This document shows, in pieces, positions 16,654-26,836 of a DNA stretch of 56,442 nucleotides (position 1 is its first letter; each line of letters opens with the position of its first letter). The notes beneath the pieces were generated by a model. That model searched no databases, had not been told where the DNA came from, and saw nothing but the letters and a program-made list of their open reading frames with translations. The stretch lies in the NCBI GenBank assembly GCA_902386535.1, contig CABMJK010000024.1:1-56442 (forward strand). Reading direction: 5' to 3'. This stretch comes from Candidatus Burarchaeum australiense (GTDB lineage: Archaea > Micrarchaeota > Micrarchaeia > Burarchaeales > Burarchaeaceae). Both the position numbers and the translations under genes were made by a program.

Positions 16654-17613
16654 ATGGTCGTTTTGGTAACAGGTGGTGCGGGCTATATCGGCTCGGAACT
16701 CATACGCGAGATGTCAAGGGACAAACGGTTCGCAGGAGAGACCATCCGCATATTGGACAACATGTTCCGCGAGCGCTACGTTTCGCTTTGGAACCTGCCG
16801 CGCGAGGCGCACTATGAATTCATCGAGGGCGACATAAGGAAAAAAGAGGACGTGGCAAAAGCGATGAAGGACGTGACGCTGGTCTATGACCTGGCGGGCA
16901 TCACGAACGCACCCCTTTCGTTCGAGCGCGAGGAGCTCACGCGCCAGGTGAACTACGAGGGCGCGAAGGTCGTGATGGAGGCTGCCGCAAAGGCGGGTGC
17001 GGAGTTGATTTACTCATCCACGGCGAGCGTTTACGGCCCGACCAAGGGCGTGGTGGACGAGACCTACGACTGCAAGCCCGTCAGCCCCTACGGAAAATAC
17101 AAGCTCATGTACGAGATGGAAATGCTGAAGGCGGCCAAGGAGGGCCGGGTGCGCGGCATGGCGCTGCGGCTCGGAACTGTTTACGGCTGGACCATCGGCA
17201 TGAGGTTTGACACCGTAATCGACAGGTTCTGCTATCTTGCGAGCATAGGCATGCCGCTCACCATCTATGACTCGGCCGTGAACGAGAAGAGGCCCTACGC
17301 GCACGTGAAGGATGTGGTGCGGGGCTTCCTATTCGTGCCAGGCAGAAAGGACATGTACGGCGGGACTTACAACCTCGTGGGCCAGAACGCGGGCGTGGGC
17401 GAGGTGGTGGAGGCTATAAAGGGGTTCCTGCCGCAGGTGCAGGTAACCATAACTTCCACCCCTTCGCTCAACCAGCTTTCCTACGTGCTCGACAACGCCA
17501 AGCTCGCGAAGGCTGGCTTCAAGTGCGAGTACGGACTGAAGTCGGGAGTCAAGGATATAATCGACAAGTTCGAGGCGTTCACGCGCAGCAGTAAGAAGCA
17601 GCGGTTTCCTTAA
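16654..17613 (+). CDS. NAD-dependent sugar epimerase/dehydratase (extended SDR)
   Basis: TGGAGYIGS, SSTASVYG, YGKYK, RLGTVYG. Confidence 0.88.
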   Translation: MVVLVTGGAGYIGSELIREMSRDKRFAGETIRILDNMFRERYVSLWNLPREAHYEFIEGDIRKKEDVAKAMKDVTLVYDLAGITNAPLSFEREELTRQVNYEGAKVVMEAAAKAGAELIYSSTASVYGPTKGVVDETYDCKPVSPYGKYKLMYEMEMLKAAKEGRVRGMALRLGTVYGWTIGMRFDTVIDRFCYLASIGMPLTIYDSAVNEKRPYAHVKDVVRGFLFVPGRKDMYGGTYNLVGQNAGVGEVVEAIKGFLPQVQVTITSTPSLNQLSYVLDNAKLAKAGFKCEYGLKSGVKDIIDKFEAFTRSSKKQRFP

Positions 17614-17658
17614 ATCCAGCTTTTAAGCCTTGTTCCAGAAGGCATAGCAGGCGATCTC

Positions 17659-18567
17659 ATGGGTGAAGTGCTTGCAGTCCAGGTCTCGGGCTTGGAAAAA
17701 TCCTACGGAAGCCACAAGGTGCTCAGGAACCTGTCGTTCGACATAAGGCAGGGCGAGATATTCGGCCTCCTGGGGCCCAACGGCGCGGGCAAGACAACGG
17801 CAATCAGGATACTTTTGAACATCATTAAGGCAGACGAAGGCGCCATTCAAATAGAGGGGGAGAAGTTCAGCGCCGTGCAGAGGGACAGGATAGGATACCT
17901 GCCGGAGGAGCGGGGCCTTTACCTTGAGCTTCGCGTGATGGACCAGCTGCTGTATTTTGCCGCGCTCAAGAATGCCGACCCGGCAAAGGCGAGGCGGAAC
18001 GCGGAAATGCTGCTGGAGCGCGTGGGGCTGAAGGAGTATGCAAAGAGCAAGGTCAATGAACTGTCCAAGGGAATGCAGCAGAAGGTGCAGTTCATCTCCA
18101 CCATAATCCACGACCCCGACCTCATAATACTGGACGAACCGTTCTCCGGCCTGGACCCGATAAATTCCAAGCTCATCAAGGACATGATACTGGAGCTCCG
18201 GGAGCTTGGGAAGACCGTGGTCCTGAGCACGCACCAGATGGAGCAGGTCGAGAGGATGTGCGACAGGATAGTGATGATAAACCGCGGCGACAGGGTGCTT
18301 TACGGCTCGCTGGAAGATGTCAAGGGAAATTACGGAAGGCACTCGCTCGTGGTCGGCTATGCGGGCGAGTTTCCGAAAAAGAAGATGGAGGGCGTGAAAA
18401 AGGCCGAGGTGTATGGGAACAGCGCGGAACTTGTGCTTGAAACGGGCGCCTCGCCGACTGCGGTGCTGGCCAGCCTCCTGAAGGAGAAGCTGGAAATAAC
18501 GAAGTTCGAGCTTACCGAGATGTCGCTCAACGAGATTTTCATATCCATAGTGGAGGGTTCGAAATGA
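17659..18567 (+). CDS. ABC-2 transporter ATP-binding protein (YhaQ/NatA-like)
   Basis: GPNGAGKTT, GYLPEERGLY, LSKGMQQK, LDEPFSGLD, STH. Confidence 0.92.
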   Translation: MGEVLAVQVSGLEKSYGSHKVLRNLSFDIRQGEIFGLLGPNGAGKTTAIRILLNIIKADEGAIQIEGEKFSAVQRDRIGYLPEERGLYLELRVMDQLLYFAALKNADPAKARRNAEMLLERVGLKEYAKSKVNELSKGMQQKVQFISTIIHDPDLIILDEPFSGLDPINSKLIKDMILELRELGKTVVLSTHQMEQVERMCDRIVMINRGDRVLYGSLEDVKGNYGRHSLVVGYAGEFPKKKMEGVKKAEVYGNSAELVLETGASPTAVLASLLKEKLEITKFELTEMSLNEIFISIVEGSK

Positions 18568-19799
18568 GCAAGCTCCTGAAAATCGCATTGCATGAATACC
18601 TGGCGCAGGTCCGGAGAAGGACGTTCCTGCTGGTCACCATCGGCATGCCCGCACTCCTGCTTTTCGTGGTGGGCATACAGATGTATGTCGCGGGCCAGGT
18701 CACGGCAAGCGAGCAGGCAGGCAACGTGGGCTTTGTGGATGGATCGGGGCTTTTCCAGTCCATTGAAGTTCCTGCGGGAATAAACCTCACATATTATGCA
18801 GGAGCGGAGCAGGCAACGGCGGCGTTGCTGGTAGGGAGCATAGACTACTACTACCTGGTCCCTGTGAATTACCTGAAAACGGGCGTGGTTGCCAGATTCT
18901 CGACAGAAAATGGATTTGCCGGAATCCTCAGCACAAGCAGCGCGAAAGGAGGGGATACCTGGATTCAGGACTCGCTTGCCAGCAAGCTCATGAAAGGGAA
19001 GCTTGACGACGAGACTGCGACCAGGGTTCTTGCGCCCGCCACGGTGGTGCCGCAAAGGCTTGATGCGAATGGAAAGCCGGTGAGCGAGAACCTGCTCCAG
19101 ATTGCATTACCCATTGCTTTCGCAGTCGCGTTCCTCATAGCCATATTCATGACTTCTGGTTACCTGCTGCAGGGCATAGTTGCGGAAAAGGAGAACCGGG
19201 TCATGGAGGTCCTGCTTTCCTCGGTTTCCACGACCGACCTCATGGCGGGAAAGATAATCGGGCTGGGCGCCGCCGGGCTTACCCAAATACTGGTGTGGGC
19301 GGTTGCGGGAATCGTTTTGGTGTTGAACTTCGTGCCCGGAAGTGCCGGCGTTGGGGCGCTCTTTGCAGGAATGCCAATACCATACCTGAACCTGCTGCTC
19401 GTGCTTGTTTATTTTGTTCTCGGCTATGTGCTGTTTGCGAGCGTATATGCCAGTGTGGGCGCCATCTCGACTTCGATGCGGGAGGGGCAGCAGGTCGCCG
19501 GCTTCTTTGCGTTCCTGTCCATAATTCCGATATATTTCATACCCATAATGCTGAAAGAGCCGGACGCGCTCCTCGCCATTGCATTCTCCCTTTTCCCGTT
19601 CACGTCGCCCCTGACGATGGTAATCAGGACTTCGCTTTCAGATGTCCCGCCGCTCGAGATCCTCGCCAGTCTCGGAATCCTGATGGTAACCATAGTGGCA
19701 ATAGTCTGGGCTACGGGGAAGATTTTCAAGATGGGGAGCCTGACCTATGGCAAGAGGCCCGACTTCAGGAGGATTCTGGCGGCGCTCAGGGAAGACTAA
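18564..19799 (+). CDS. ABC-2 transporter permease (YhaP/NatB-like)
   Basis: EKENRVMEVLLSS, GKIIG, multiple TM segments, ATGA overlap with the ATPase gene. Confidence 0.9.
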   Translation: MSKLLKIALHEYLAQVRRRTFLLVTIGMPALLLFVVGIQMYVAGQVTASEQAGNVGFVDGSGLFQSIEVPAGINLTYYAGAEQATAALLVGSIDYYYLVPVNYLKTGVVARFSTENGFAGILSTSSAKGGDTWIQDSLASKLMKGKLDDETATRVLAPATVVPQRLDANGKPVSENLLQIALPIAFAVAFLIAIFMTSGYLLQGIVAEKENRVMEVLLSSVSTTDLMAGKIIGLGAAGLTQILVWAVAGIVLVLNFVPGSAGVGALFAGMPIPYLNLLLVLVYFVLGYVLFASVYASVGAISTSMREGQQVAGFFAFLSIIPIYFIPIMLKEPDALLAIAFSLFPFTSPLTMVIRTSLSDVPPLEILASLGILMVTIVAIVWATGKIFKMGSLTYGKRPDFRRILAALRED

Positions 19800-19830
19800 T
19801 TGTTTTAAGAAGTGCTCCCGAAATCCCCGT

Positions 19831-20931
19831 ATGAAGCTTGCAATTGTCTCCCCCTTCTCGACCAGGGCTGCGCATGGGTTCCGCATTTTCAACATAGCGA
19901 AGCAGCTGAAGCCGGCCAAGGTTATATTCCAGAAGCGAGACAGATATGGCGAGAGCGAACAGCAGTACGAGAACCAGGAGCTGCTCTGGTGGAAGAAGAG
20001 CCCCTGGCTGCTCAAGGCGCACGCGCACCAGATAGCCTGGAAGGTGCGGGACTGCGACGTCATCTATTTCTTCAAGCCCCTGCCGCTCAACTACCTGGCA
20101 GCGTGGCTCCTGAAGAACGTTTTCGGCAAGAAAATAATTTTCGACTATGACGAGTGGGAGCCCTACACACAGCGAGAGTACGTGAAAGGCACTGCCATGG
20201 GCATGAGGAACTCTGCCGTGTGTGAGATGCTTGACTGGCTGGGCAGGGCATGCGCCAACCTCTCGTGCTGCATAACCACCTCGAACAGGCGCATAAATGA
20301 AGAGATTCTGCACCACAAAAAGTGCCTGCTCATGCCGAACGGGGTGGACTACGCAGAGTATGCGCTGGATGCGAACGGGAAGGAAAGGAAGTTCGAACTG
20401 CGAAAAGAGGTGGCCTACGCTGGCTCGCTGCATTACGCCTCGCTTCTGCTGCCCTTCCTGCTGCAGGTGCCGAAAGGGTTCAAGCTTCACATTTGGGGCG
20501 AGGGAAAGGCGCGGGGCGAGATTGAGCATGCGCTGAAGCAGAAGGGCATAGACTACGAGTTCCACGGCTACGTGAAGCCCGACGAGCTCTCGCGCGAACT
20601 CAAGAAGTTCCGGGGCATTTTCCTCGCGCCCTACCTGCCCTTGCTGAACATTGCCTACAGCTCGGCCGGCAAGATGCCGCAGTACATGGCGCTCGGGCAA
20701 CCCGTAATCGTGAGCAAGGTCGAGGGGCCGATGGACTTTTTGATGGGCAAGGACTGCGCCTGGCTCGTCGAGCCCGGCAAGGAGAGGAACATCGGGAAGC
20801 TGATTGAGGGCATCTATGCAGACAAGAAGGCCGCGGAGAGGAAGGCAAGGCTCGCGCAGCGGGTTGTAAAGGAAAACTTCGACTGGCGGAAGATGTGCGC
20901 GAAGCTCGAGAAGTTCATTTCCGCTTGCTGA
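19831..20931 (+). CDS. Glycosyltransferase family 4
   Basis: DYDE, PNGVD, YAGS, KMPQYMALGQPVI, FDW; start ATG 19831. Confidence 0.82.
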   Translation: MKLAIVSPFSTRAAHGFRIFNIAKQLKPAKVIFQKRDRYGESEQQYENQELLWWKKSPWLLKAHAHQIAWKVRDCDVIYFFKPLPLNYLAAWLLKNVFGKKIIFDYDEWEPYTQREYVKGTAMGMRNSAVCEMLDWLGRACANLSCCITTSNRRINEEILHHKKCLLMPNGVDYAEYALDANGKERKFELRKEVAYAGSLHYASLLLPFLLQVPKGFKLHIWGEGKARGEIEHALKQKGIDYEFHGYVKPDELSRELKKFRGIFLAPYLPLLNIAYSSAGKMPQYMALGQPVIVSKVEGPMDFLMGKDCAWLVEPGKERNIGKLIEGIYADKKAAERKARLAQRVVKENFDWRKMCAKLEKFISAC

Positions 20932-22015
20932 CCTCATTGAGCACGGAGTCATAGACTTTCAGGTATCCGTTCACCATCTTCTCGGGCGAGAAGTCGCGCT
21001 TGACCGTTTTCGCTGCCTCTGAACCGAGGCGGGTGCGCAGGCGCTCGTTGCTTAGGAGCTTTCCCACTTTGTCATAGTAGTCGAGCGTGTCGTACCTGTT
21101 TACGAGGTAGCCGTTTGAATTGTTGCGGATTGCGTCTGGCGCAATGCCGACCTTGAACGAGACCGCCGGCACGCCGTAGCCCATGGCCTCGAGCATGGCA
21201 AGGCCGAAGCCCTCGTAGCGCGAGGTGTTCATGTAGACGTCGCTGGCCTGGTAGAATTTCCATATCTCGTTGTGCGCGGGCTTGGCGAAAATCATCCAAT
21301 CGCGCCGAAGGTTGGGGGGAATGCGCCCAATTACCAGCAACTTTGCGCCATGTTTGTGGTGCAGCCTTTCGCACACGCGCACGAGCATGTCCGTGCCTTT
21401 CGTGTAATCCCCGCGCGTCACCGTGACCAGCAGGGGAGCTTCGGCAGGCAAATGCAATGATTTCCGCAGCGCATCCTTCGGGCTTTTTTTCTTCTCGAGC
21501 ATCACGGCATTGTTTACGACGGTGATTTTGTTGGGCGCAATGCCGTAGCCCCGCACCGCCTCGTTCTTAACTGCGTTCGAGACCGCGACAACTGCATCGC
21601 AGCTTTGCACGCCCTTGCACTCCATGCGCTCGATCACGTGGTGCGAGTAGGCGAGCCTGTGGGGCGCCATTGCCCTTCCCACCCGCTCGTGCAGGCCGAA
21701 TGAGGAACCGTGCAGCGTGACCACGCGCGCGGGCGGCGGGCGGATGAATTGCGCCAGGTAGGAGTTGTAAGCCTGGAAGTGCACGACGTCGTATTTGTGG
21801 GCCCGGGGCTTGAGCTTCGAAAGAAGCAAAGAGTTTATGAGGAATTTTTCCGGGAAGTGCATTGTCTGGAGGACCGCGAGCTCGGAATCCGAGAGGCAGA
21901 GCAGGTCGGCCTTGTGCCCCTTCCTGCGCAGGCCCGCCATCAGGGTTTCGACCACGACCTCGACGCCCCAGTGCACGCGGGTCGGGTAGGTGTTCACCAA
22001 CAGGGCGCGCATCAT
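20915..22015 (-). CDS. Glycosyltransferase family 4
   Basis: GVE, TLHG, KG, EGFGLAMLEAMGYGVP. Confidence 0.88.
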   Translation of the reverse strand: MMRALLVNTYPTRVHWGVEVVVETLMAGLRRKGHKADLLCLSDSELAVLQTMHFPEKFLINSLLLSKLKPRAHKYDVVHFQAYNSYLAQFIRPPPARVVTLHGSSFGLHERVGRAMAPHRLAYSHHVIERMECKGVQSCDAVVAVSNAVKNEAVRGYGIAPNKITVVNNAVMLEKKKSPKDALRKSLHLPAEAPLLVTVTRGDYTKGTDMLVRVCERLHHKHGAKLLVIGRIPPNLRRDWMIFAKPAHNEIWKFYQASDVYMNTSRYEGFGLAMLEAMGYGVPAVSFKVGIAPDAIRNNSNGYLVNRYDTLDYYDKVGKLLSNERLRTRLGSEAAKTVKRDFSPEKMVNGYLKVYDSVLNEVSKRK

Positions 22016-22176
22016 ATCACCGATTCAATGGTTCTCTGGAGGAAGCCGCGCAGGGGCGGCCAGGACAGGATGAGGAAGAGCCAGTAGAGCGTGAAGCCGG
22101 CGTAGGCCAGCGCGAGCAGCTGCGCATCGCTGAGCTTCTTCAGCGAAGAGGAGATGTTGCTGATTTTCTCACCCAT
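22012..22176 (-). CDS. Small 54-aa membrane protein (below the ORF-track cut-off)
   Basis: MGEKISNISSSLKKLSDAQLLALAYAGFTLYWLFLILSWPPLRGFLQRTIESVI; fills the gap exactly, overlaps the upstream stop and has an ATGA overlap with the downstream GT4. Confidence 0.7.
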   Translation of the reverse strand: MGEKISNISSSLKKLSDAQLLALAYAGFTLYWLFLILSWPPLRGFLQRTIESVI

Positions 22177-24028
22177 ATTCGCACCCCGAACAGGCTGAAT
22201 AATTTATCGCGTAAATCCTCGTGCGGCTGTTGTTGTAAACCTGGCTGAATATGGCGGAGTTGTTTATGTTGGTTTCTATCGCGTTGTCCGCGGGCTGTCC
22301 AGGAGATGCCGAGTCGGTGTCGGCCAGGAAAACGTAATCCACGCCGTGCGCGTGCAGGTAGGCCAGCGCGCCCTCCAGGCTTCCGAACTGCGTTATTTGC
22401 GAGGCCGAATAGAGCGTGCGGTCGATGTAATAGGTCAGGGGCACGTTGGCCAGCACCTTCGAGCCTGCCGGCGTCTTGCTGTTCATGTAGTTGAACCCGT
22501 CGACCACGGGGCCGTAGGCAAAGCGCATGAACTCGTCATTGCTCGGGGGCGCGAGGAAGAGGCGGAACTGCAGCGTGTTGGTTTCGTAGGAGATGCGCGC
22601 GCTCTTGAAGCCCACCGCGCCGATGGCCAGCGAGGGCGCAAGCTCGAGCAGGAGCAGCATTACGGCGAGAACTGCGATGAACTTGCGCCTGCTCTGCGAG
22701 AAGTGGTCGTAGGCATAGGCCGCGAAGAGCGCGGTTACGGGCAGGGCGAGCATGGCAAACCTGGCGCCGAGCTTGAGCAGGAAGAGTTCGGATAGCACGA
22801 ATATCAGTGCGAGCCAGGCAAGCGAGAACTGCGCGGCCCAGTGACGCCCGCGGCTTTCGCGGCCGAAGTACATGAGGACGAGGCCGACGAGGCCGAAGGA
22901 TATGAAGAAGGGCCCGATGCCCTGGTTCACCGCAACCATGCCGTCTAGGAAGAAGTAGGCGAGGTAGCTTGGGAAGCTGTAGGGTGCGTAGGGGTTGAAG
23001 ATGTAGAAGGTCGAGGTCGGGTCAAGGTAATAGGCCGAGTTGGCCGCGAGCCAAATCACGGAGCCGGAGAGCAGCGCGCCAGCGGCAAGGCCGAGCAGGG
23101 GCACGAGCGACTGCCTGCGCTTGAAGTAGAGCGTGAGCAGCACGGCAAGCAGGCCGAAGGAAATCATGCCCGAAGGCTTGACGAGCGCGGCAAAGCCGCC
23201 CAGCGCGCCCGCGGCCACGTAGAGCGAATCGTTCCTTGGCTCGTTCAGCGAGGCTCCGCGCAGGGCGAGAAGGAGCGGGAACAGGCCTGCGAGCATGAAG
23301 AAAAGTTCCGGCAGGTTCAGGTAGACTATCTGGCTGTGCGCCAGCAGCAGGGGCGTGTTGGCGAATATCAGCAGCGTGAGCGCCGCCACCTTCCTGTCAA
23401 AGAGCCGGTGGGCAATCGAATAAACGAAGAGGCAGCTTCCGAGGAAGAAGAGGGGCGAGGCAATGCGGGCGAAAAGGTCGTTGAAGCCGTTAAGCAGGTA
23501 GAACCAGGAGATGAAAAGATGGAAGCCGTGAGGCAGCGGGTTGTAGAGTTCGAGCACGCCCTCGGCCTGCGCCAGCCGGCCTTCCTGGGCATAGAGCTGG
23601 GCGAGCGGGGCGTGGAAGGTCACGGCATCGCCGCCGTCAATCGGGAAGAACGCAGAATAGTAGAAGGCGAAGATGAACTGCAGAGCCACAACGATGAAGA
23701 CCAGGGCCTCGAGCGTCGTGAGGTCTGGCAGGCCGGGCGAGTAGGAGTGCCTCGTGAAGAACTCGCCCACCTCGTCCTTTCGCGCGAGATAGGCAAGCAC
23801 GCTGACAAGGAGGAGCACGAGCAGGGTGCTCCATGCGGAGAAGCCCACGGTCATGCCCAGATAGGTCATAAGCACGCCGATGAGCGCGATGGAAAATGCC
23901 ATCGAGACCGCAATGCGCTCTGCACCGCTCAGTTCGTCGTGCCTGAAGAAAAGGAAGGAAACGAGGAAGCCTGGCAGGAAGTAGCCGATGATGACGGAAA
24001 AGAGGGCGATGAGGGCTTCGGGCAGCAT
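22169..24028 (-). CDS. Multi-pass GT-C (ArnT/PMT-like) glycosyltransferase with soluble C-terminal domain
   Basis: FLPG..ER N-terminal TMs, GDAVTFH loop, KPSG, many TMs, C-terminal GFNYMNSKTPAGSKV / HGVDYV. Confidence 0.7.
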   Translation of the reverse strand: MLPEALIALFSVIIGYFLPGFLVSFLFFRHDELSGAERIAVSMAFSIALIGVLMTYLGMTVGFSAWSTLLVLLLVSVLAYLARKDEVGEFFTRHSYSPGLPDLTTLEALVFIVVALQFIFAFYYSAFFPIDGGDAVTFHAPLAQLYAQEGRLAQAEGVLELYNPLPHGFHLFISWFYLLNGFNDLFARIASPLFFLGSCLFVYSIAHRLFDRKVAALTLLIFANTPLLLAHSQIVYLNLPELFFMLAGLFPLLLALRGASLNEPRNDSLYVAAGALGGFAALVKPSGMISFGLLAVLLTLYFKRRQSLVPLLGLAAGALLSGSVIWLAANSAYYLDPTSTFYIFNPYAPYSFPSYLAYFFLDGMVAVNQGIGPFFISFGLVGLVLMYFGRESRGRHWAAQFSLAWLALIFVLSELFLLKLGARFAMLALPVTALFAAYAYDHFSQSRRKFIAVLAVMLLLLELAPSLAIGAVGFKSARISYETNTLQFRLFLAPPSNDEFMRFAYGPVVDGFNYMNSKTPAGSKVLANVPLTYYIDRTLYSASQITQFGSLEGALAYLHAHGVDYVFLADTDSASPGQPADNAIETNINNSAIFSQVYNNSRTRIYAINYSACSGCEYG

Positions 24029-24092
24029 GGTTTCACCGGTTGGTTCGCGGTTTGGAATACGAATAAAAACATATGCAAGCTATTTATAGGAT

Positions 24093-25070
24093 ATGTCGTT
24101 TTCCTGGAAAGGCAGGCACGTTCTTGTGACCGGGGCCACGGGCATTCTTGGCCCGTGGATGTGCGCTGAACTCGTGAAACGGGGCAGCAAGGTCGCGGCA
24201 ATCGTGCGCGACAGCGTGCCTTCCTCGAATTTCCACCGCATGGGCCTCGAGGCCCGGACTGCGGTTGAGTCCGGAGAGCTTGAAGACCTGGCATTCGTAA
24301 GGCGCGCCATTGGGAAGCACAAGGCCGAGGTGGTTTTGCACCTGGGCGCGCAAGCCATTGTGGGCGCGGCCAACCGCTCGCCGCTTCCGACTTTCGAGGC
24401 AAACATAGGCGGGACCGTCAATGTGCTCGAGGCGTGCAGGCACGAGAAGGGCGTCAAGCGCATAGTGGTGGCGTCGAGCGACAAGGCCTATGGAGGGAGC
24501 AGGCAGCTGCCTTACAGCGAGGAGACCCGGCTCGAGGGCGAGCATCCCTACGACGTCTCGAAGTCATGCGCAGACCTGATAACGCGCTCGTTCTACGAAA
24601 CTTACGGGCTGCCAGTCTGCACCACGCGCTGCGGCAACATCTATGGGGGAGGGGACCTGAACTTCAACCGCATAGTGCCCGGCACAATAAGGAGCGCGCT
24701 GAGGGGCGAGCAGCCGGTCATAAGGAGCGACGGTAAGTACGTGCGCGACTATTTCTACGTGAAAGATACTGTGGAAGGCTATCTCACGCTGGCCGAGAAG
24801 ATGACCGAGCTCGGGCTGGAAGGCGAGGCGTTCAACTTCAGTTCTGGCAACCACCTGCAGGTGCTCGAGATGGTGGACAGAATCTTGGGGCTCATGGGCT
24901 CGAATCTCTCGCCGCGTGTGCTAAACGGGGCGTCGGCCGAAATAAGGGAGCAGACGCTTTCGAGCAGGAAGGCCGAGAAGGTGCTTGGCTGGAAGCCGCG
25001 CTACGGGCTTGAGAAAGGGCTTCTTGAGACAATCGCGTGGTATAAGGACTACTTTGCGGGAAAGGAGTAA
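24093..25070 (+). CDS. NDP-sugar 4,6-dehydratase (CDP-glucose 4,6-dehydratase-like SDR)
   Basis: WKGRHVLVTGATG, HLGAQAIV, SSDKAYG, YDVSK, RCGNIYGGGD. Confidence 0.88.
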   Translation: MSFSWKGRHVLVTGATGILGPWMCAELVKRGSKVAAIVRDSVPSSNFHRMGLEARTAVESGELEDLAFVRRAIGKHKAEVVLHLGAQAIVGAANRSPLPTFEANIGGTVNVLEACRHEKGVKRIVVASSDKAYGGSRQLPYSEETRLEGEHPYDVSKSCADLITRSFYETYGLPVCTTRCGNIYGGGDLNFNRIVPGTIRSALRGEQPVIRSDGKYVRDYFYVKDTVEGYLTLAEKMTELGLEGEAFNFSSGNHLQVLEMVDRILGLMGSNLSPRVLNGASAEIREQTLSSRKAEKVLGWKPRYGLEKGLLETIAWYKDYFAGKE

Positions 25071-25108
25071 GGCAACGCGTGAACAGAAGTAAGGCATCAC
25101 ACTTAAAC

Positions 25109-25825
25109 TTACGGCGGAAGGATGCCGAACATCATTTGATTGGCCTTCTTGTAGGACTCGAGCGTGCCGATGTCGAGCCAATACTTCGGCTTGTAGATGT
25201 AACCCGCCAGCCTGCCCTGCTCCGCAAGGCGCGGGAAAATCGATTCCTCTACCTTCACCTTCCTCTGCGGTATCTGCTCTATTTCCTCGCGCTCCAGGAC
25301 GTAATAGCCGGCGTTCGCGAGGTTGGACTTCAGGGGCGAGCTCGGTTTTTCCACGAACTTCTTCACCCTGTCGCCGTCCATTATCGCGATGCCGAAGCGG
25401 CTGGCCTCGCTTGCAGGCACGTTGAAGAGCGCCACCGTGCCGCCCGCCCCGGCCTTGCGGTGGAAGTTCACCAGAGAGTTCACGTTTATGTTCGTCACGT
25501 TGTCCCCGTAGGCGACCACGACCTGGCCCCGGATGTCCTTTTCGACCGCAATCGAGCGCAGGTCGCCGCCCGTGTCCCAGGCAAGGGTCATCACGGGCTC
25601 GATTTTCACGCTGTCGCGCGGGGTGTGCTCGAGGTAGCTCTTTATCATTTCCTGCATGTGCGAGACCGCAACGTAGATGGTGTCGATTTCCGGGCAGGTG
25701 AGGAGATTGTCTATCACGTAGTCGATTACGGGCCGGCCCGCTACCGGGAGAAGGGGCTTTGGTATTGCATAGGTCAGGGGCTTCAGCCTCTCGCCCTTGC
25801 CTGCTGCCAAGATGACTGCTTTCAT
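25109..25825 (-). CDS. Sugar-1-phosphate nucleotidyltransferase
   Basis: AVILAAGKGERLKPLT..PKPLLP, GD, EKP, NAG.Y, WLDIGT. Confidence 0.9.
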   Translation of the reverse strand: MKAVILAAGKGERLKPLTYAIPKPLLPVAGRPVIDYVIDNLLTCPEIDTIYVAVSHMQEMIKSYLEHTPRDSVKIEPVMTLAWDTGGDLRSIAVEKDIRGQVVVAYGDNVTNINVNSLVNFHRKAGAGGTVALFNVPASEASRFGIAIMDGDRVKKFVEKPSSPLKSNLANAGYYVLEREEIEQIPQRKVKVEESIFPRLAEQGRLAGYIYKPKYWLDIGTLESYKKANQMMFGILPP

Positions 25826-25829
25826 ACGA

Positions 25830-26825
25830 TCACGCTGATTTTCTTCCGTTGCCCGAATACCAGCTATAGGTAAGCCGCAGTCCGCGCTCGGGCGGGACTT
25901 TCGGCTTCCAGTGCAGGAACTTCCACGCCTTCTCCATGGAAGGCACGCGCCTGCGGATGTCCTCGTAGCTCCTGCCGTAGAATTGCTCGTAAGGAATTAA
26001 TCTCGGTGCGAGCTGCTTTTTCGAGCGCGAGTTGGCGAGCGAGCAGATTGTGTTGGCGAGCGAGAGAATCGTCGTCTCCTTCGTGTTTCCTATGTTTATT
26101 ACCTGGCCCTCTGCGCGCCTGCCGCGCATGGCCGCGAATGTGCCGTCAACGGTGTCTGTGATGAATGTGAAGCAGCGCGTCTGCCTGCCATCGCCATGCA
26201 CGAGAGGCTGCTGGCCTGCGAGCGCACGGCGCATGAAAATCCCGACCACGCCGGCATAATCATTGCCCAGCGCGCGCGGGCCGTAGGAATTGAAGTAGCG
26301 GAGTATGGCGACCGGCAGGCCGTGCTGCTTGCGATAGGCAAGGCAGAGGTGCTCGTCAAACGCCTTGCTCGTGGAATAGCACCAGCGGTCAACGCTCGTC
26401 GCGCCCAGGAGTCTTTCGCCGTCCTCGCGCAGGGGCAGGGCCGTGCTCCGACCATAGACCTCGCTCGTGGATGCGAACACGACTTTCGCGTCCTGCCTTC
26501 TCGCCTCCTCGAGCACGTTGGACGTGCCGGCGGTATTCACATGTAGGACGCGGAGGGGGTTGGTGACGTAGTGCTTTACGCCGACAACAGCGGCCATGTG
26601 CAGGATTACGTCCGCGCCTGCGCAGGCCTTGCGCATCGTGGCCGCATTGCAGACGTCGCCGCGCATGAACCTGAAGTTCCGCTTGCCCGCGTGCGAGCGC
26701 ACGTTCGCGAGCTTGCCCGTGCTAAGGTCGTCAATGACAACGACTTCATTCCCGCGCTCGGCCATGAGCCGGTCCACCAAGTGCGAACCGATGTAGCCTG
26801 CGCCGCCGGTTACGAGATATTTCAT
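25830..26825 (-). CDS. NAD-dependent epimerase / UDP-glucuronate decarboxylase-like SDR
   Basis: TGGAGYIGSH, HMAAVVGV, STSEVYG, YSTSK, RYFNSYGPR; start ATG 26825. Confidence 0.87.
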   Translation of the reverse strand: MKYLVTGGAGYIGSHLVDRLMAERGNEVVVIDDLSTGKLANVRSHAGKRNFRFMRGDVCNAATMRKACAGADVILHMAAVVGVKHYVTNPLRVLHVNTAGTSNVLEEARRQDAKVVFASTSEVYGRSTALPLREDGERLLGATSVDRWCYSTSKAFDEHLCLAYRKQHGLPVAILRYFNSYGPRALGNDYAGVVGIFMRRALAGQQPLVHGDGRQTRCFTFITDTVDGTFAAMRGRRAEGQVINIGNTKETTILSLANTICSLANSRSKKQLAPRLIPYEQFYGRSYEDIRRRVPSMEKAWKFLHWKPKVPPERGLRLTYSWYSGNGRKSA

Positions 26826-26836
26826 GTGTATCAGAC

